From a virus: 27,686 nucleotides of DNA. How positions within the stretch are numbered: position 1 is the first letter of the stretch; the number at the start of each line of letters is the position of its first letter. Below, piece by piece: positions 16,703 to 24,655 of the stretch. The stretch lies in UHGV virus genome UHGV-0385766, one strand, 5' to 3'. The notes under the pieces were generated by a model. That model was not told the origin of the DNA. It ran no database searches and was given only the letters and a program-made list of their open reading frames with translations. The translations under genes were made by a program, and so were the position numbers.

Positions 16703-16840
16703 TTGTTGAATAATCGACAAAACCCAACTTAAATTTTCGTCAGTGGGCTCGATGCCATGTGCGGTGAGCTCACTTTTCAAAACTCCAAGCAATTCAGAGC
16801 TGATTTTCAATATATCTGCTTGATTTCTAACTATTCCCAC
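16664..16840 (-). CDS. Hypothetical small protein (58 aa)
   Basis: GTG at 16840 preceded by GGAGG (5-nt spacer); the track ATG at 16870 lacks a Shine-Dalgarno. Confidence 0.4.
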   Translation of the reverse strand: MGIVRNQADILKISSELLGVLKSELTAHGIEPTDENLSWVLSIIQQSLKPSLSKLFIE

Positions 16841-16929
16841 TTTTTCCTCCCTTGGTCTACGCGCGGTCATGTTTTACGCCCAAACGACTTCACAGTTATT
16901 GTTTAAAATCTGGACTTTCATTTTGTTCT

Positions 16930-17133
16930 TTAACCTCCAGATTTCCGCGCATCTAAAGGCGCATTCTCATTTGGTGTGAACTGAATAGTTGTGCTGATAT
17001 TGATTAATGCCCAGACACACAAGACTACGCACTCAGAGCAGATAGCAACTTCATCTTTTCCGCCTTTGGCGATGATTTTTTTTGCCTGCAGCTCGTTTGC
17101 GCCACAAAACGAGCATGTGAAATAACGGTTCAT
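16930..17133 (-). CDS. Small zinc-ribbon protein (CxxC...CxxC), first gene after pL
   Basis: MNRYFTCSFCGANEL...ICSECV; alternative upstream ATG at 17151. Confidence 0.55.
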   Translation of the reverse strand: MNRYFTCSFCGANELQAKKIIAKGGKDEVAICSECVVLCVWALINISTTIQFTPNENAPLDARKSGG

Positions 17134-17243
17134 TTGCGCTCTCTTACACATAGTATTTAACGAATCATCCGGTCATTCATACGCCACCGGCGGCTACTTC
17201 GTGGGCGTCCTGCCTGTTCGTTACTGCAACATCTTTAAGTTGT

Positions 17244-17272
17244 AATCTAGTTGTTGTTTTGGTTGTTGTCAA
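17244..17272 (-). promoter_or_regulatory. pL-like leftward early promoter
   Basis: On the minus strand: TTGACA (complement of 17267-17272), 17-bp spacer, TAGATT (complement of 17244-17249). Confidence 0.5.
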
Positions 17273-17276
17273 CAAC
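17262..17276. promoter_or_regulatory. Operator-like 15-bp perfect palindrome overlapping the pL -35
   Basis: GTTGTTG-T-CAACAAC; contains the ACAACTTT-type motif that recurs at oR. Confidence 0.5.
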
Positions 17277-17334
17277 TTTATGTGGTTTTGACGGATGTGA
17301 AATGAGGGCAAGGGTTATCAAAAAAGGAGGTTGT

Positions 17335-17439
17335 ATGGACGATGCGCTTTTAATTACACAAGGGACACTTTCCTTCCGTGATTGGAAACTCTCAAATCAC
17401 GGGAGGAAGATTGAAAAGGCGGGTAATAATGGTAACTAA
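17335..17439 (+). CDS. Possible small ORF (34 aa) between oL and the 3' end of cI
   Basis: AGGAGG (17325-17330) 4 nt before ATG 17335; contains an 8-bp inverted repeat CCGTGATT/AATCACGG (17376-17383 / 17395-17402); short and unsupported by homology. Confidence 0.25.
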   Translation: MDDALLITQGTLSFRDWKLSNHGRKIEKAGNNGN

Positions 17440-17466
17440 ATTTCTGAAGGAAGGTTTTTTGATGCA

Positions 17467-18153
17467 TTACCAAGTGCGCGATGACCAGAATACTCTACCT
17501 ATAACGTGAATTCTGGAACGCCTATCTTCGAAGGTGAGTATTTCATCTGGATACTCATCTTTATTGAAACTTCTTAGAATCAGACCACCGTCAGGTAAAT
17601 TGATCAATATTTTAACTCTAAGTAATACGCCATCACGTATGGCATAAAGATCCCCATCACGAATAGGAACCGTTTGGGAAACATCAACAGCAACAAAATC
17701 TCCATTGTTAAGTACAGGTAGTAAACTATTGCCCCAAATTTTTACGATCTTTGCATTGGAGACACATACACCAGCTTTTCTTAAATCAATCCTTCTTAGC
17801 GGGAACCAGTCTACAGTTGATTCAACTATTTCAGCCAAACATCCATTACCCGCTGATAACTCGACATCTAGGACTGGAATGTTTGCAAAAATGTCAGGAT
17901 CTAATGCTGTACTTTCAGCCTCCTTTACAACAAGGTCTGGGAAAGACGCGTTATCCTCAATGCCCAATTGCAACCACTTTTGAGAAACCCCTAACACTTT
18001 AGCAATCTCTTTAATTTTCCGAGGCTGTTGAGTTTCTCCATTCTCGATTTTCGCTACGGATTGTTGTGAAAGCCCAATTTTTTCAGCTAGTTGCGCCTGA
18101 CTCATTCCTGCTTTTTCTCTTTCGCTTTTTAGTCTTTCTGCCAATGTTTTCAC
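17467..18153 (-). CDS. cI: CI-like repressor (N-terminal HTH, C-terminal S24 LexA-like peptidase domain)
   Basis: GTG start with GAGGGGG Shine-Dalgarno; HTH QAQLAEKIGLSQQSVAKIENG; Ala-Gly site (SAGNG) and Ser/Lys dyad region (GNSLLP ... LRVK). Confidence 0.9.
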   Translation of the reverse strand: MKTLAERLKSEREKAGMSQAQLAEKIGLSQQSVAKIENGETQQPRKIKEIAKVLGVSQKWLQLGIEDNASFPDLVVKEAESTALDPDIFANIPVLDVELSAGNGCLAEIVESTVDWFPLRRIDLRKAGVCVSNAKIVKIWGNSLLPVLNNGDFVAVDVSQTVPIRDGDLYAIRDGVLLRVKILINLPDGGLILRSFNKDEYPDEILTFEDRRSRIHVIGRVFWSSRTW

Positions 18154-18182
18154 AACATATCCCCCTCGTTTTTATTGAGGTT

Positions 18183-18266
18183 ACAACTTTATGTTTTAGC
18201 TTTCCAACATCTAAAAGTTGTGATAAAAGTTGTTGTAGTTGTATAATCGAAGTTATCAACAACTTT
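18183..18266. promoter_or_regulatory. oR-like operator region with repeated 8-mers
   Basis: ACAACTTT at 18183-18190 and 18259-18266; inverse AAAGTTGT at 18214-18221 and 18226-18233; the same 12-mer TCAACAACTTTA occurs at oL (17269-17280) and oR (18255-18266). Confidence 0.5.
18218..18247 (+). promoter_or_regulatory. pR-like rightward early promoter
   Basis: TTGTGA (18218-18223), 18-bp spacer, consensus TATAAT (18242-18247); cro-like ATG at 18291 with AGGAGA Shine-Dalgarno. Confidence 0.55.
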
Positions 18267-18290
18267 ACTACTTACAGATAGGAGAAAGCT

Positions 18291-18539
18291 ATGACACCTG
18301 AGCAATTAGCCTTATCAGAGGCAATCGCTCTGGCTGGTGGTCAATCAGAATTGGCTCGGAAGCTCACAGCCAGCAGTGGTCGTTTAGTAAAGCAACAACA
18401 TGTCTGGAACTGGTTGAACAGAGAAAAGCGTCCCCCTGCAAAACTCTCGATATTTATTGAAATGACCACTGGCGTATCAAAAGAAAAATTACGTCCAGAT
18501 ATTTTTCAAAAGATTAAAGACTTATCAGATGGAAAGTAA
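18291..18539 (+). CDS. cro: Cro-like HTH regulator (YdaS/Cro family)
   Basis: 82-aa ORF divergent from cI across the operator region. Confidence 0.75.
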   Translation: MTPEQLALSEAIALAGGQSELARKLTASSGRLVKQQHVWNWLNREKRPPAKLSIFIEMTTGVSKEKLRPDIFQKIKDLSDGK

Positions 18540-18561
18540 CCACAGTTTTAAGGAGATAGCC

Positions 18562-19119
18562 GTGGGTAAGCATCACTGGAAAGTAGAAAAACAGCCTGAG
18601 TGGTACGTGAAAGCTGTCAGAAAAACTATCGCAACGTTGCCGGGTGGTTACGCTGAAGCAGCTGACTGGCTGGATGTAACAGAGAACGCATTATTTAACC
18701 GCCTTCGTGCCGATGGCGATCAGATTTTCCCGCTGGGATGGGCAATGATTTTGCAACGTGCTGGTGGAACTCACTTCATTGCTGACGCTGTGGCGCAGTC
18801 TGCAAATGGCGTCTTTGTGTCTCTTCCTGACGTCGAGGATGTGGACAACGCCGATATAAACCAGCGCCTGCTGGAAGTCATCGAACAGATCGGGAGTTAC
18901 TCAAAGCAGATTCGTTCGGCAATTGAAGATGGGGTAGTGGAGCCACACGAGCAGACAGCAATTAATGATGAGTTGTATCTGTCAATTTCGAAGCTCCAGG
19001 AGCATGCAGCACTGGTCTACAAAATCTTTTGCGCTCCAGAAAAGAGTAACGCCCGCGAGTGTGCAGCTCCGGGCGTCGTGGCGTCGATTGCTTCTGGTTG
19101 TGGAGAAACTAACGCATGA
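18562..19119 (+). CDS. YdaT-like / CII-type regulatory protein
   Basis: GTG at 18562 preceded by AAGGAGA (5-nt spacer); the track ORF starts at ATG 18529 without a good Shine-Dalgarno; motif [15 protein letters not shown] recognised as this family from memory. Confidence 0.55.
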   Translation: MGKHHWKVEKQPEWYVKAVRKTIATLPGGYAEAADWLDVTENALFNRLRADGDQIFPLGWAMILQRAGGTHFIADAVAQSANGVFVSLPDVEDVDNADINQRLLEVIEQIGSYSKQIRSAIEDGVVEPHEQTAINDELYLSISKLQEHAALVYKIFCAPEKSNARECAAPGVVASIASGCGETNA

Positions 19120-19454
19120 ACAGTTTAACAACACACTACCGTCGCTCGCAACTGATTGCGCTTCCTGTACCGGGTGGAAAAGCGAAGGTGGAGTATTGCT
19201 ATGCAGTGAATGTACCAGGTGACAGGGAAATTGTAACCCACAGCTTTGCAGAGTGGGCTGTGGGTGATTTCAACCGGCAGAAGGAGACAGTCCTTTGCGA
19301 CAAGTTAACCGCTGGTTCAAAGATCACTACGGAGTGCCCGTCAGAGTCATTCGTTGGGAGCCGGAAACACAACGTGTTATCTACCTCCGCGAAGGCTATG
19401 AGCATGAATGCTTCAGTCCGCTCGAACAGTTTCGTCGTAAATTCAGGGAAATAG
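19116..19454 (+). CDS. Hypothetical protein; C-terminal half possibly out-of-frame read-through
   Basis: ATGA overlap with the upstream stop; first 60 aa protein-like, last 50 aa Ser-rich and low-complexity; overlaps 19295-19507 by 160 nt. Confidence 0.35.
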   Translation: MNSLTTHYRRSQLIALPVPGGKAKVEYCYAVNVPGDREIVTHSFAEWAVGDFNRQKETVLCDKLTAGSKITTECPSESFVGSRKHNVLSTSAKAMSMNASVRSNSFVVNSGK

Positions 19455-19507
19455 AGGTCGGTCATGAGCCTGTTAATGACATCCCAGCCCATTGTGATAA
19501 ATCGTGA
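19295..19507 (+). CDS. Hypothetical protein (70 aa), TTG start
   Basis: AAGGAGA (19281-19287) 7 nt upstream of TTG 19295; protein-like composition. Confidence 0.4.
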   Translation: MRQVNRWFKDHYGVPVRVIRWEPETQRVIYLREGYEHECFSPLEQFRRKFREIEVGHEPVNDIPAHCDKS

Positions 19508-20456
19508 TCTTGCATGCCGTATTGGTCTGAATGAGGCAATTGTGTTGCAGCAGCTTCATTACTGGCTGAATGAAACGAATTCAGGCACTGAGCATGGCGG
19601 AATTCGCTGGGTTTATAACACGACAGAACAGTGGCTGGAGCAGTTTCCGTTCTGGTCAGAGTCCACTCTGAAACGCACATTTGCAAGCCTGAAATCACTT
19701 GGGGTTTTGCGTCGCGAGCAACTCAATAAATCGAAGCGTGACATGACCAACTTCTACACGATCAACTATGAAAGTGAGCTTTTAGAAGAGGTCAAAGTGA
19801 ACGAATCCATCAGGTCAAAATGCACTTCTCCATCGGGTCAAAGTGACCTGATGGATGGGCGCAAAATGATACGATCCATTGGTTCAAAACGACACGCTGT
19901 CATCGGGTCAAAATGGCCCAATGATCTTACAGAGAATACAACAGAGATTACTACAGAGAATAAAACCTCTTCTCGTCCGGACGCTTCGCAACCGGACACG
20001 CAGACGGCTGAACAGGAGTTTTTAACTCGCCATCCTGATGCGGTTGTATTCAGTCCTAAAAAGCGCCAGTGGGGAACGCAGGATGATTTGACCTGCGCAC
20101 AGTGGCTCTGGAAAAAAATCATCGCCCTGTACGAGCAGGCCGCCGAATGTGACGGCGAGGTGGTTCGTCCCAAAGAACCTAACTGGACAGCCTGGGCAAA
20201 CGAAATTCGCCTGATGTGTGTGCAGGATGGTCGTACTCACAAACAAATCTGCGAGATGTACAGCCGCGTCAGCCGCGATCCGTTCTGGTGCCGTAACGTG
20301 CTCAGTCCGTCGAAGCTGCGGGAAAAATGGGATGAGCTTTCCCTGCGCTTATCGCCGTCCGTCAGCACATACACAGAAAAACGCGAAGACCCGTATTTCA
20401 AATCCAGTTACGACAACGTGGACTACAGCCAGATCCCGGCAGGATTCAGGGGGTGA
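19464..20456 (+). CDS. Replication initiator (lambda O-like, iteron-containing)
   Basis: 330-aa ORF with GAGG Shine-Dalgarno; contains iterons and an AT-rich segment in its middle, as in lambda O. Confidence 0.75.
   Translation: MSLLMTSQPIVINRDLACRIGLNEAIVLQQLHYWLNETNSGTEHGGIRWVYNTTEQWLEQFPFWSESTLKRTFASLKSLGVLRREQLNKSKRDMTNFYTINYESELLEEVKVNESIRSKCTSPSGQSDLMDGRKMIRSIGSKRHAVIGSKWPNDLTENTTEITTENKTSSRPDASQPDTQTAEQEFLTRHPDAVVFSPKKRQWGTQDDLTCAQWLWKKIIALYEQAAECDGEVVRPKEPNWTAWANEIRLMCVQDGRTHKQICEMYSRVSRDPFWCRNVLSPSKLREKWDELSLRLSPSVSTYTEKREDPYFKSSYDNVDYSQIPAGFRG
19806..19966 (+). repeat. Origin of replication: iterons plus AT-rich unwinding element
   Basis: TCCATYRGKTCAAARYG-type iterons starting at 19806, 19829, 19875 and 19900, with a degenerate copy near 19852 (about 23-bp period); then ACAGAGAWT at 19929, 19941 and 19953 (12-bp period) in AT-rich sequence. 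Confidence 0.6.
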
Positions 20457-20550
20457 TCATGAGTCTGTTAAATGACGTTCAGAAATTCATTGAAGCCCAT
20501 CCGGGCTGTACTTCCGGAGACATTGCGGATGCTTTTTACGTGGGGGCTTA

Positions 20551-21204
20551 ATGAGTAATAAATATTGCCAGGCGCTGGTAGAACTGCGGAACAAACCAGC
20601 CCATGAACTGAAGGAAGTGGGCGATCAGTGGCGCACGCCGGACAACATTTTCTGGGGAATTAACACCTTGTTTGGTCCGTTTGTTCTGGATCTGTTCACT
20701 GACGGTGATAACGCCAAATGTGCCGCGTATTACACGGCGGAAGACAACGCGCTGGCGCATGACTGGTCAGAACGTCTTGCGGAGCTTAAAGGTGCTGCCT
20801 TTGGTAATCCCCCATACAGCCGCGCCAGTCAGCATGAGGGGCAATACATCACCGGCATGCGTTACATCATGAAACATGCCAGTGCCATGCGTGATAAGGG
20901 CGGGCGCTATGTTTTCCTGATCAAAGCTGCCACCAGCGAAGTGTGGTGGCCGGAAGATGCGGACCATATTGCTTTTATTCGCGGGCGTATTGGTTTTGAA
21001 CTGCCTGCCTGGTTTATCCCGAAGGATGAGAAGCAGGTGCCGACAGGCGCTTTCTTCGCTGGTGCTATTGCTGTTTTCGACAAGACCTGGAAGGGACCGG
21101 CAATCAGCTACATCGGGCGCGATGAACTTGAGGCATGTGGTGAGGCGTTTCTGGCGCAGGTTCGCCAGCAGGCAGAAAAACTGGTCAGGGAGATGGCGGC
21201 ATGA
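20551..21204 (+). CDS. Phage DNA N6-adenine methyltransferase (Dam-like)
   Basis: 217-aa ORF; catalytic FGNPPYS (NPPY) motif; GTGGGGG Shine-Dalgarno. Confidence 0.8.
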   Translation: MSNKYCQALVELRNKPAHELKEVGDQWRTPDNIFWGINTLFGPFVLDLFTDGDNAKCAAYYTAEDNALAHDWSERLAELKGAAFGNPPYSRASQHEGQYITGMRYIMKHASAMRDKGGRYVFLIKAATSEVWWPEDADHIAFIRGRIGFELPAWFIPKDEKQVPTGAFFAGAIAVFDKTWKGPAISYIGRDELEACGEAFLAQVRQQAEKLVREMAA

Positions 21205-21527
21205 CGACGTTAACTCAATGCCAGCAGCAGGTGCTGGATATGCTGATTTCTTATCAGAAAGAACGTGGCTTCCCGCCAACCAATCAGGAGGTGGCAACCA
21301 TGCTGGGATACCGTTCAGTGAATGCAGCGGTGGAGCATCTTCGCGCACTGGAGAAAAAAGGCGTCATCACGATAAAGCGTGGCGTGGCCCGGGGGATAAC
21401 GCTTCATACCGCGGTGAAGGACGACGACAGCGAGGCGGTCGGGATTATCCGCGCACTGCTTGCCGGTGAGGAAAACGCAAGGCTGCGTGCAACCCACTGG
21501 TTACATGAGAGGGACCTGAAAGTATGA
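21201..21527 (+). CDS. LexA DNA-binding-domain-like winged-helix protein
   Basis: 108-aa ORF, ATGA overlap with dam; N-terminus QQVLDMLISYQKERGFPPTNQEVATMLGYRS resembles the LexA N-terminal domain; no peptidase domain. Confidence 0.55.
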   Translation: MTTLTQCQQQVLDMLISYQKERGFPPTNQEVATMLGYRSVNAAVEHLRALEKKGVITIKRGVARGITLHTAVKDDDSEAVGIIRALLAGEENARLRATHWLHERDLKV

Positions 21528-21913
21528 AGCTGATCCTGCCTTTTCCGCCCAGCGTGAACACGTACTGGCGACACCCCAACAAAGGGGCGTTTGCTGGTAA
21601 GAGCCTGATAAGCGCGGCGGGGCGAAAATTCCAGAGCGCGGCGTGCGCAGCAATAGTTGAGCAGTTACGTCGTCTGCCGAAACCAACGTCGGCACCTGCT
21701 TCAGTGGAGATCGTGTTGTTTCCTCCGGATAACCGGATCCGCGATCTGGACAACTATAACAAGGCGCTGTTTGACGCCCTGACCCACGCGGGTGTGTGGG
21801 AAGACGACAGTCAGGTGAAAAGAATGCTGGTTGAGTGGGGACCGGTTATCCCGGGAGGGAAGGTCGAGATCACTATCAGTAAGTACGAGAAAACGGCGGG
21901 TGCAGCCGCCTGA
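21524..21913 (+). CDS. rusA: RusA-family Holliday junction resolvase
   Basis: 129-aa ORF; FPPSVNTYWRH ... DLDNYNKALFDALTHAGVWEDDSQV matches RusA motifs; ATGA overlap upstream. Confidence 0.8.
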   Translation: MKLILPFPPSVNTYWRHPNKGAFAGKSLISAAGRKFQSAACAAIVEQLRRLPKPTSAPASVEIVLFPPDNRIRDLDNYNKALFDALTHAGVWEDDSQVKRMLVEWGPVIPGGKVEITISKYEKTAGAAA

Positions 21914-21932
21914 TTAAGAGGAGAAACGAAGT

Positions 21933-22742
21933 ATGAATAATCTGATGGTCATTGATGGTATTGAAGTTCGTCGTGATGCTTATGGGCGTTACAGCCTGAA
22001 CGATCTGCATCGCGCAGCAGTAGCATCTGGTGCAAATGCCAGAACCAAGGAGCCAGGAAAGTTTCTTTCCAGCCAACAAACTGTTGAGCTTGTTCATGAA
22101 TTGACCAACACCCAGAATTTGGGTGTTGACCCGGTGAGTGTGATTCATGGGGGAAATGAACGGGGAACGTATGTCTGTAAGGAACTGGTGTATGCCTATG
22201 CAATGTGGATCAGCCCGTCATTCCATCTGAAGGTGATCCGTACTTTCGACATGGTAACCAGCGCACCGGAAAAATTATCCGGACAGGCTGCTGACAAGAT
22301 GCAGGCTGGTGTGATTCTGCTGGACTTTATGCGCCGGGAATTAAACCTGTCTAACTCTTCAGTGCTTGGAGCCTGTCAGAAACTCCAGGAGGCTGTTGGC
22401 TTACCGAATCTGGCACCGCGCTATGCCATTGATGCTCCTGCTGATGCACACGATGGCTCAAGTCGCCCCACGCTGTCACTGAGTGCACTGCTGAAACAGT
22501 ATGGTATCCGCCTGACGGCTAATCAGGCATATCACCAGATGGCGAAGCTGGGGATCGTTGAACAACGCGAACGATACAGCCGTACCGCGATTAACAACAT
22601 CAAAAAATTCTGGTCGCTGACAGCGAAAGGCTGCATGTTCGGCAAGAACATCACCAGTCCCGCAAATCCGCGCGAGACGCAGCCGCATTTCTTCGAATCC
22701 CGATTCCCTGAGCTGTTAAAGCTGCTCGATACCGTTCATTGA
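21933..22742 (+). CDS. KilA-N domain protein (antirepressor-like)
   Basis: 269-aa ORF with AAGAGGAGA Shine-Dalgarno; N-terminal GTYVCKELVYAYAMWISPSFHLKV matches the KilA-N pattern. Confidence 0.65.
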   Translation: MNNLMVIDGIEVRRDAYGRYSLNDLHRAAVASGANARTKEPGKFLSSQQTVELVHELTNTQNLGVDPVSVIHGGNERGTYVCKELVYAYAMWISPSFHLKVIRTFDMVTSAPEKLSGQAADKMQAGVILLDFMRRELNLSNSSVLGACQKLQEAVGLPNLAPRYAIDAPADAHDGSSRPTLSLSALLKQYGIRLTANQAYHQMAKLGIVEQRERYSRTAINNIKKFWSLTAKGCMFGKNITSPANPRETQPHFFESRFPELLKLLDTVH

Positions 22743-22743
22743 G

Positions 22744-23739
22744 GTGACCGTGAGAGCACTACTGACCCCTGAAATTGCCCCGCGTATGGGGATCGTATTG
22801 TTCAGGCCAGGTTCAGAGCTGATGCCCCTGTTTATGCAGGGGCGTGTCCTGCTGGAGCCTGAGCCGGAGCGTTATTCATCTTTCGCCAGTGGTGCCGTTC
22901 CCGCGGCATCACAACCGCTGGCGGATGATCCTGCTGTTCGGGCCGTGTTCCGCAATGAGGCAGTGATCCGTCGTGCTGGTGGCGTGGAATGTCTTGAAAG
23001 CTGGTTACTTCGTGAAAAAGGCTGCCAGTGGCCTCATTCCGACTGGCACAGCGAGAACATGACCACAATGCGACACGCTCCGGGCGCAATCCGTCTGTGC
23101 TGGCACTGTGATAACCAGCTGCGCGATCAGTTCACGGAGCGGCTGGAATCAATGGCAACGGATAACTGTGCCCGCTGGGTGTTGTCTGTTGTGCGTCGGG
23201 ATCTCGGTTTTGATGATAGTCACGTTGTGACAATGCCGGAACTGTGCTGGTGGCTGATTCGTAATGACCTGGCGGATGCCTTACCGGAAAGTGCAGCCCG
23301 TAAGGCACTGAGATTACCAAAGCCTGTTGTGCCGTCTGTCACCCGGGAGAGTGACCTTGTTCCTTCGGTTCCTGCCACCAGCATTATCCAGGATAAAGCG
23401 AAAAAGGTGCTGGAGCTGAAAGTGGATCCGGAGTCGCCGGAGTCTTTTATGTTACGCCCTAAACGTCGCCGCTGGGTTAACGAAAAGTACACGCGCTGGG
23501 TTAAGACGCAGCCGTGTGCATGTTGTGGAAAGCCTGCTGATGATCCCCACCACCTGATAGGTCACGGTCAGGGTGGAATGGGTACAAAAGCGCATGACCT
23601 CTTTGTGTTGCCTTTGTGCAGAAAGCATCACGACGAGCTGCATGCGGATACCGTGGCATTTGAAGAGAAGTATGGCTCCCAGTTGGAGCTGATATTTCGT
23701 TTTATCGATCGTGCGCTGGCAATAGGCGTACTGGCGTAA
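22744..23739 (+). CDS. DUF968-like protein with C-terminal Cys/His cluster
   Basis: 331-aa ORF (GTG start in track); C-terminus CACCGKPADDPHHLIGHG...CRKHHDELH; sits between rusA and Q as in lambdoid nin regions. Confidence 0.55.
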   Translation: MTVRALLTPEIAPRMGIVLFRPGSELMPLFMQGRVLLEPEPERYSSFASGAVPAASQPLADDPAVRAVFRNEAVIRRAGGVECLESWLLREKGCQWPHSDWHSENMTTMRHAPGAIRLCWHCDNQLRDQFTERLESMATDNCARWVLSVVRRDLGFDDSHVVTMPELCWWLIRNDLADALPESAARKALRLPKPVVPSVTRESDLVPSVPATSIIQDKAKKVLELKVDPESPESFMLRPKRRRWVNEKYTRWVKTQPCACCGKPADDPHHLIGHGQGGMGTKAHDLFVLPLCRKHHDELHADTVAFEEKYGSQLELIFRFIDRALAIGVLA

Positions 23740-23752
23740 GTGGAGAACGAGC

Positions 23753-24505
23753 ATGAACCTTGAAGCCTTACCGAAATATTACTCCCCGAAATCTCCAAAA
23801 CTGAGCGATGACGCACCGGCGACAGGCTCTGGTGGTTTAACAATTACGGATGTGATGGCTGCGCAGGGGATGGTGCAGTCGAAAGCACCGCTTGGGTTTG
23901 CCTTATTCCTGGCAAAAGTTGGTGTTCAGGATCCTCAGTTTGCGATTGAAGGTCTGCTCAATTACGCGATGGCACTGGATAACCCGACATTGAATAAATT
24001 GAGTGAAGAAACCCGGCTACAGATCATTCCTTACCTTGTGAATTTTGCCTTTGCTGATTATTCCAGGTCTGCGGCAAGTAAGGCTCGCTGTGAGCATTGT
24101 GCTGGTACTGGATTTCATAATGTATTGCGCGAAGTGGTGAAACACTCCAGAAGCGGGGAATCTGTTATCAAGGAAGAGTGGGTGAAGGAACTATGTCAGC
24201 ATTGTCATGGTAAGGGAGAAGTCAGCACAGCGTGTAGAGGGTGTAAGGGGAAAGGTATTGTACTGGATGAAAAAAGAACCCGGCTTCATGGTGCGCCTGT
24301 TTATAAGATTTGTGGGCGTTGCAATGGAAACCGGTTTAGCCGTTTACCAACCACACTGGCGCGGCATCATGTCCAGAAGCTGGTACCGGACCTGACGGAT
24401 TATCAGTGGTACAAAGGATATGCAGATGTCATTGATAAACTGGTTACAAAGTGCTGGCAGGAAGAAGCATATGCAGAGACACAATTGAGAAAAGTGACAA
24501 GATAA
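23753..24505 (+). CDS. Late-gene antiterminator (Q-like, zinc-finger type)
   Basis: 250-aa ORF; CxxC-rich region CEHCAGTG...CQHCHGKG...CRGCKGKG...CGRCNG; followed by a promoter and short terminated leader. Confidence 0.7.
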   Translation: MNLEALPKYYSPKSPKLSDDAPATGSGGLTITDVMAAQGMVQSKAPLGFALFLAKVGVQDPQFAIEGLLNYAMALDNPTLNKLSEETRLQIIPYLVNFAFADYSRSAASKARCEHCAGTGFHNVLREVVKHSRSGESVIKEEWVKELCQHCHGKGEVSTACRGCKGKGIVLDEKRTRLHGAPVYKICGRCNGNRFSRLPTTLARHHVQKLVPDLTDYQWYKGYADVIDKLVTKCWQEEAYAETQLRKVTR

Positions 24506-24536
24506 ATGATTTTCGCCGAAGATGGCGACATGATGC

Positions 24537-24565
24537 TTGCATTTTTCAAAAAATATGGTTAGGAT
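24537..24565 (+). promoter_or_regulatory. Candidate late promoter pR'
   Basis: TTGCAT (24537-24542), 17-bp spacer, TAGGAT (24560-24565), 30 bp downstream of the Q-like stop. Confidence 0.4.
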
Positions 24566-24615
24566 TCTCCTAACGATGGGCTTTGTATGTCTGCCGTTAA
24601 CGAAATCATAACAAA

Positions 24616-24636
24616 CCTCGCTTCGGCGGGGTTTTT
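24616..24636 (+). terminator. tR'-like intrinsic terminator
   Basis: CCTCGC-TTCG-GCGGGG (6-bp stem with one G-U pair, UUCG tetraloop) followed by TTTTT (24632-24636). Confidence 0.6.
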
Positions 24637-24655
24637 GCTTTTCTGGAGGTCAATA

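Noticed and set aside
19806-19918. Direct repeats with regular spacing, considered as a possible CRISPR array
   Set aside because: Only 4-5 imperfect copies at 23-bp period, inside a coding gene, with no cas genes; they fit replication-origin iterons.
20767-21469. Long ORFs overlapping dam and the LexA-like gene (20767-21348 minus strand, 20957-21469 plus strand)
   Set aside because: Arg-rich out-of-frame or antisense read-through of a region already explained by coupled, motif-bearing genes.
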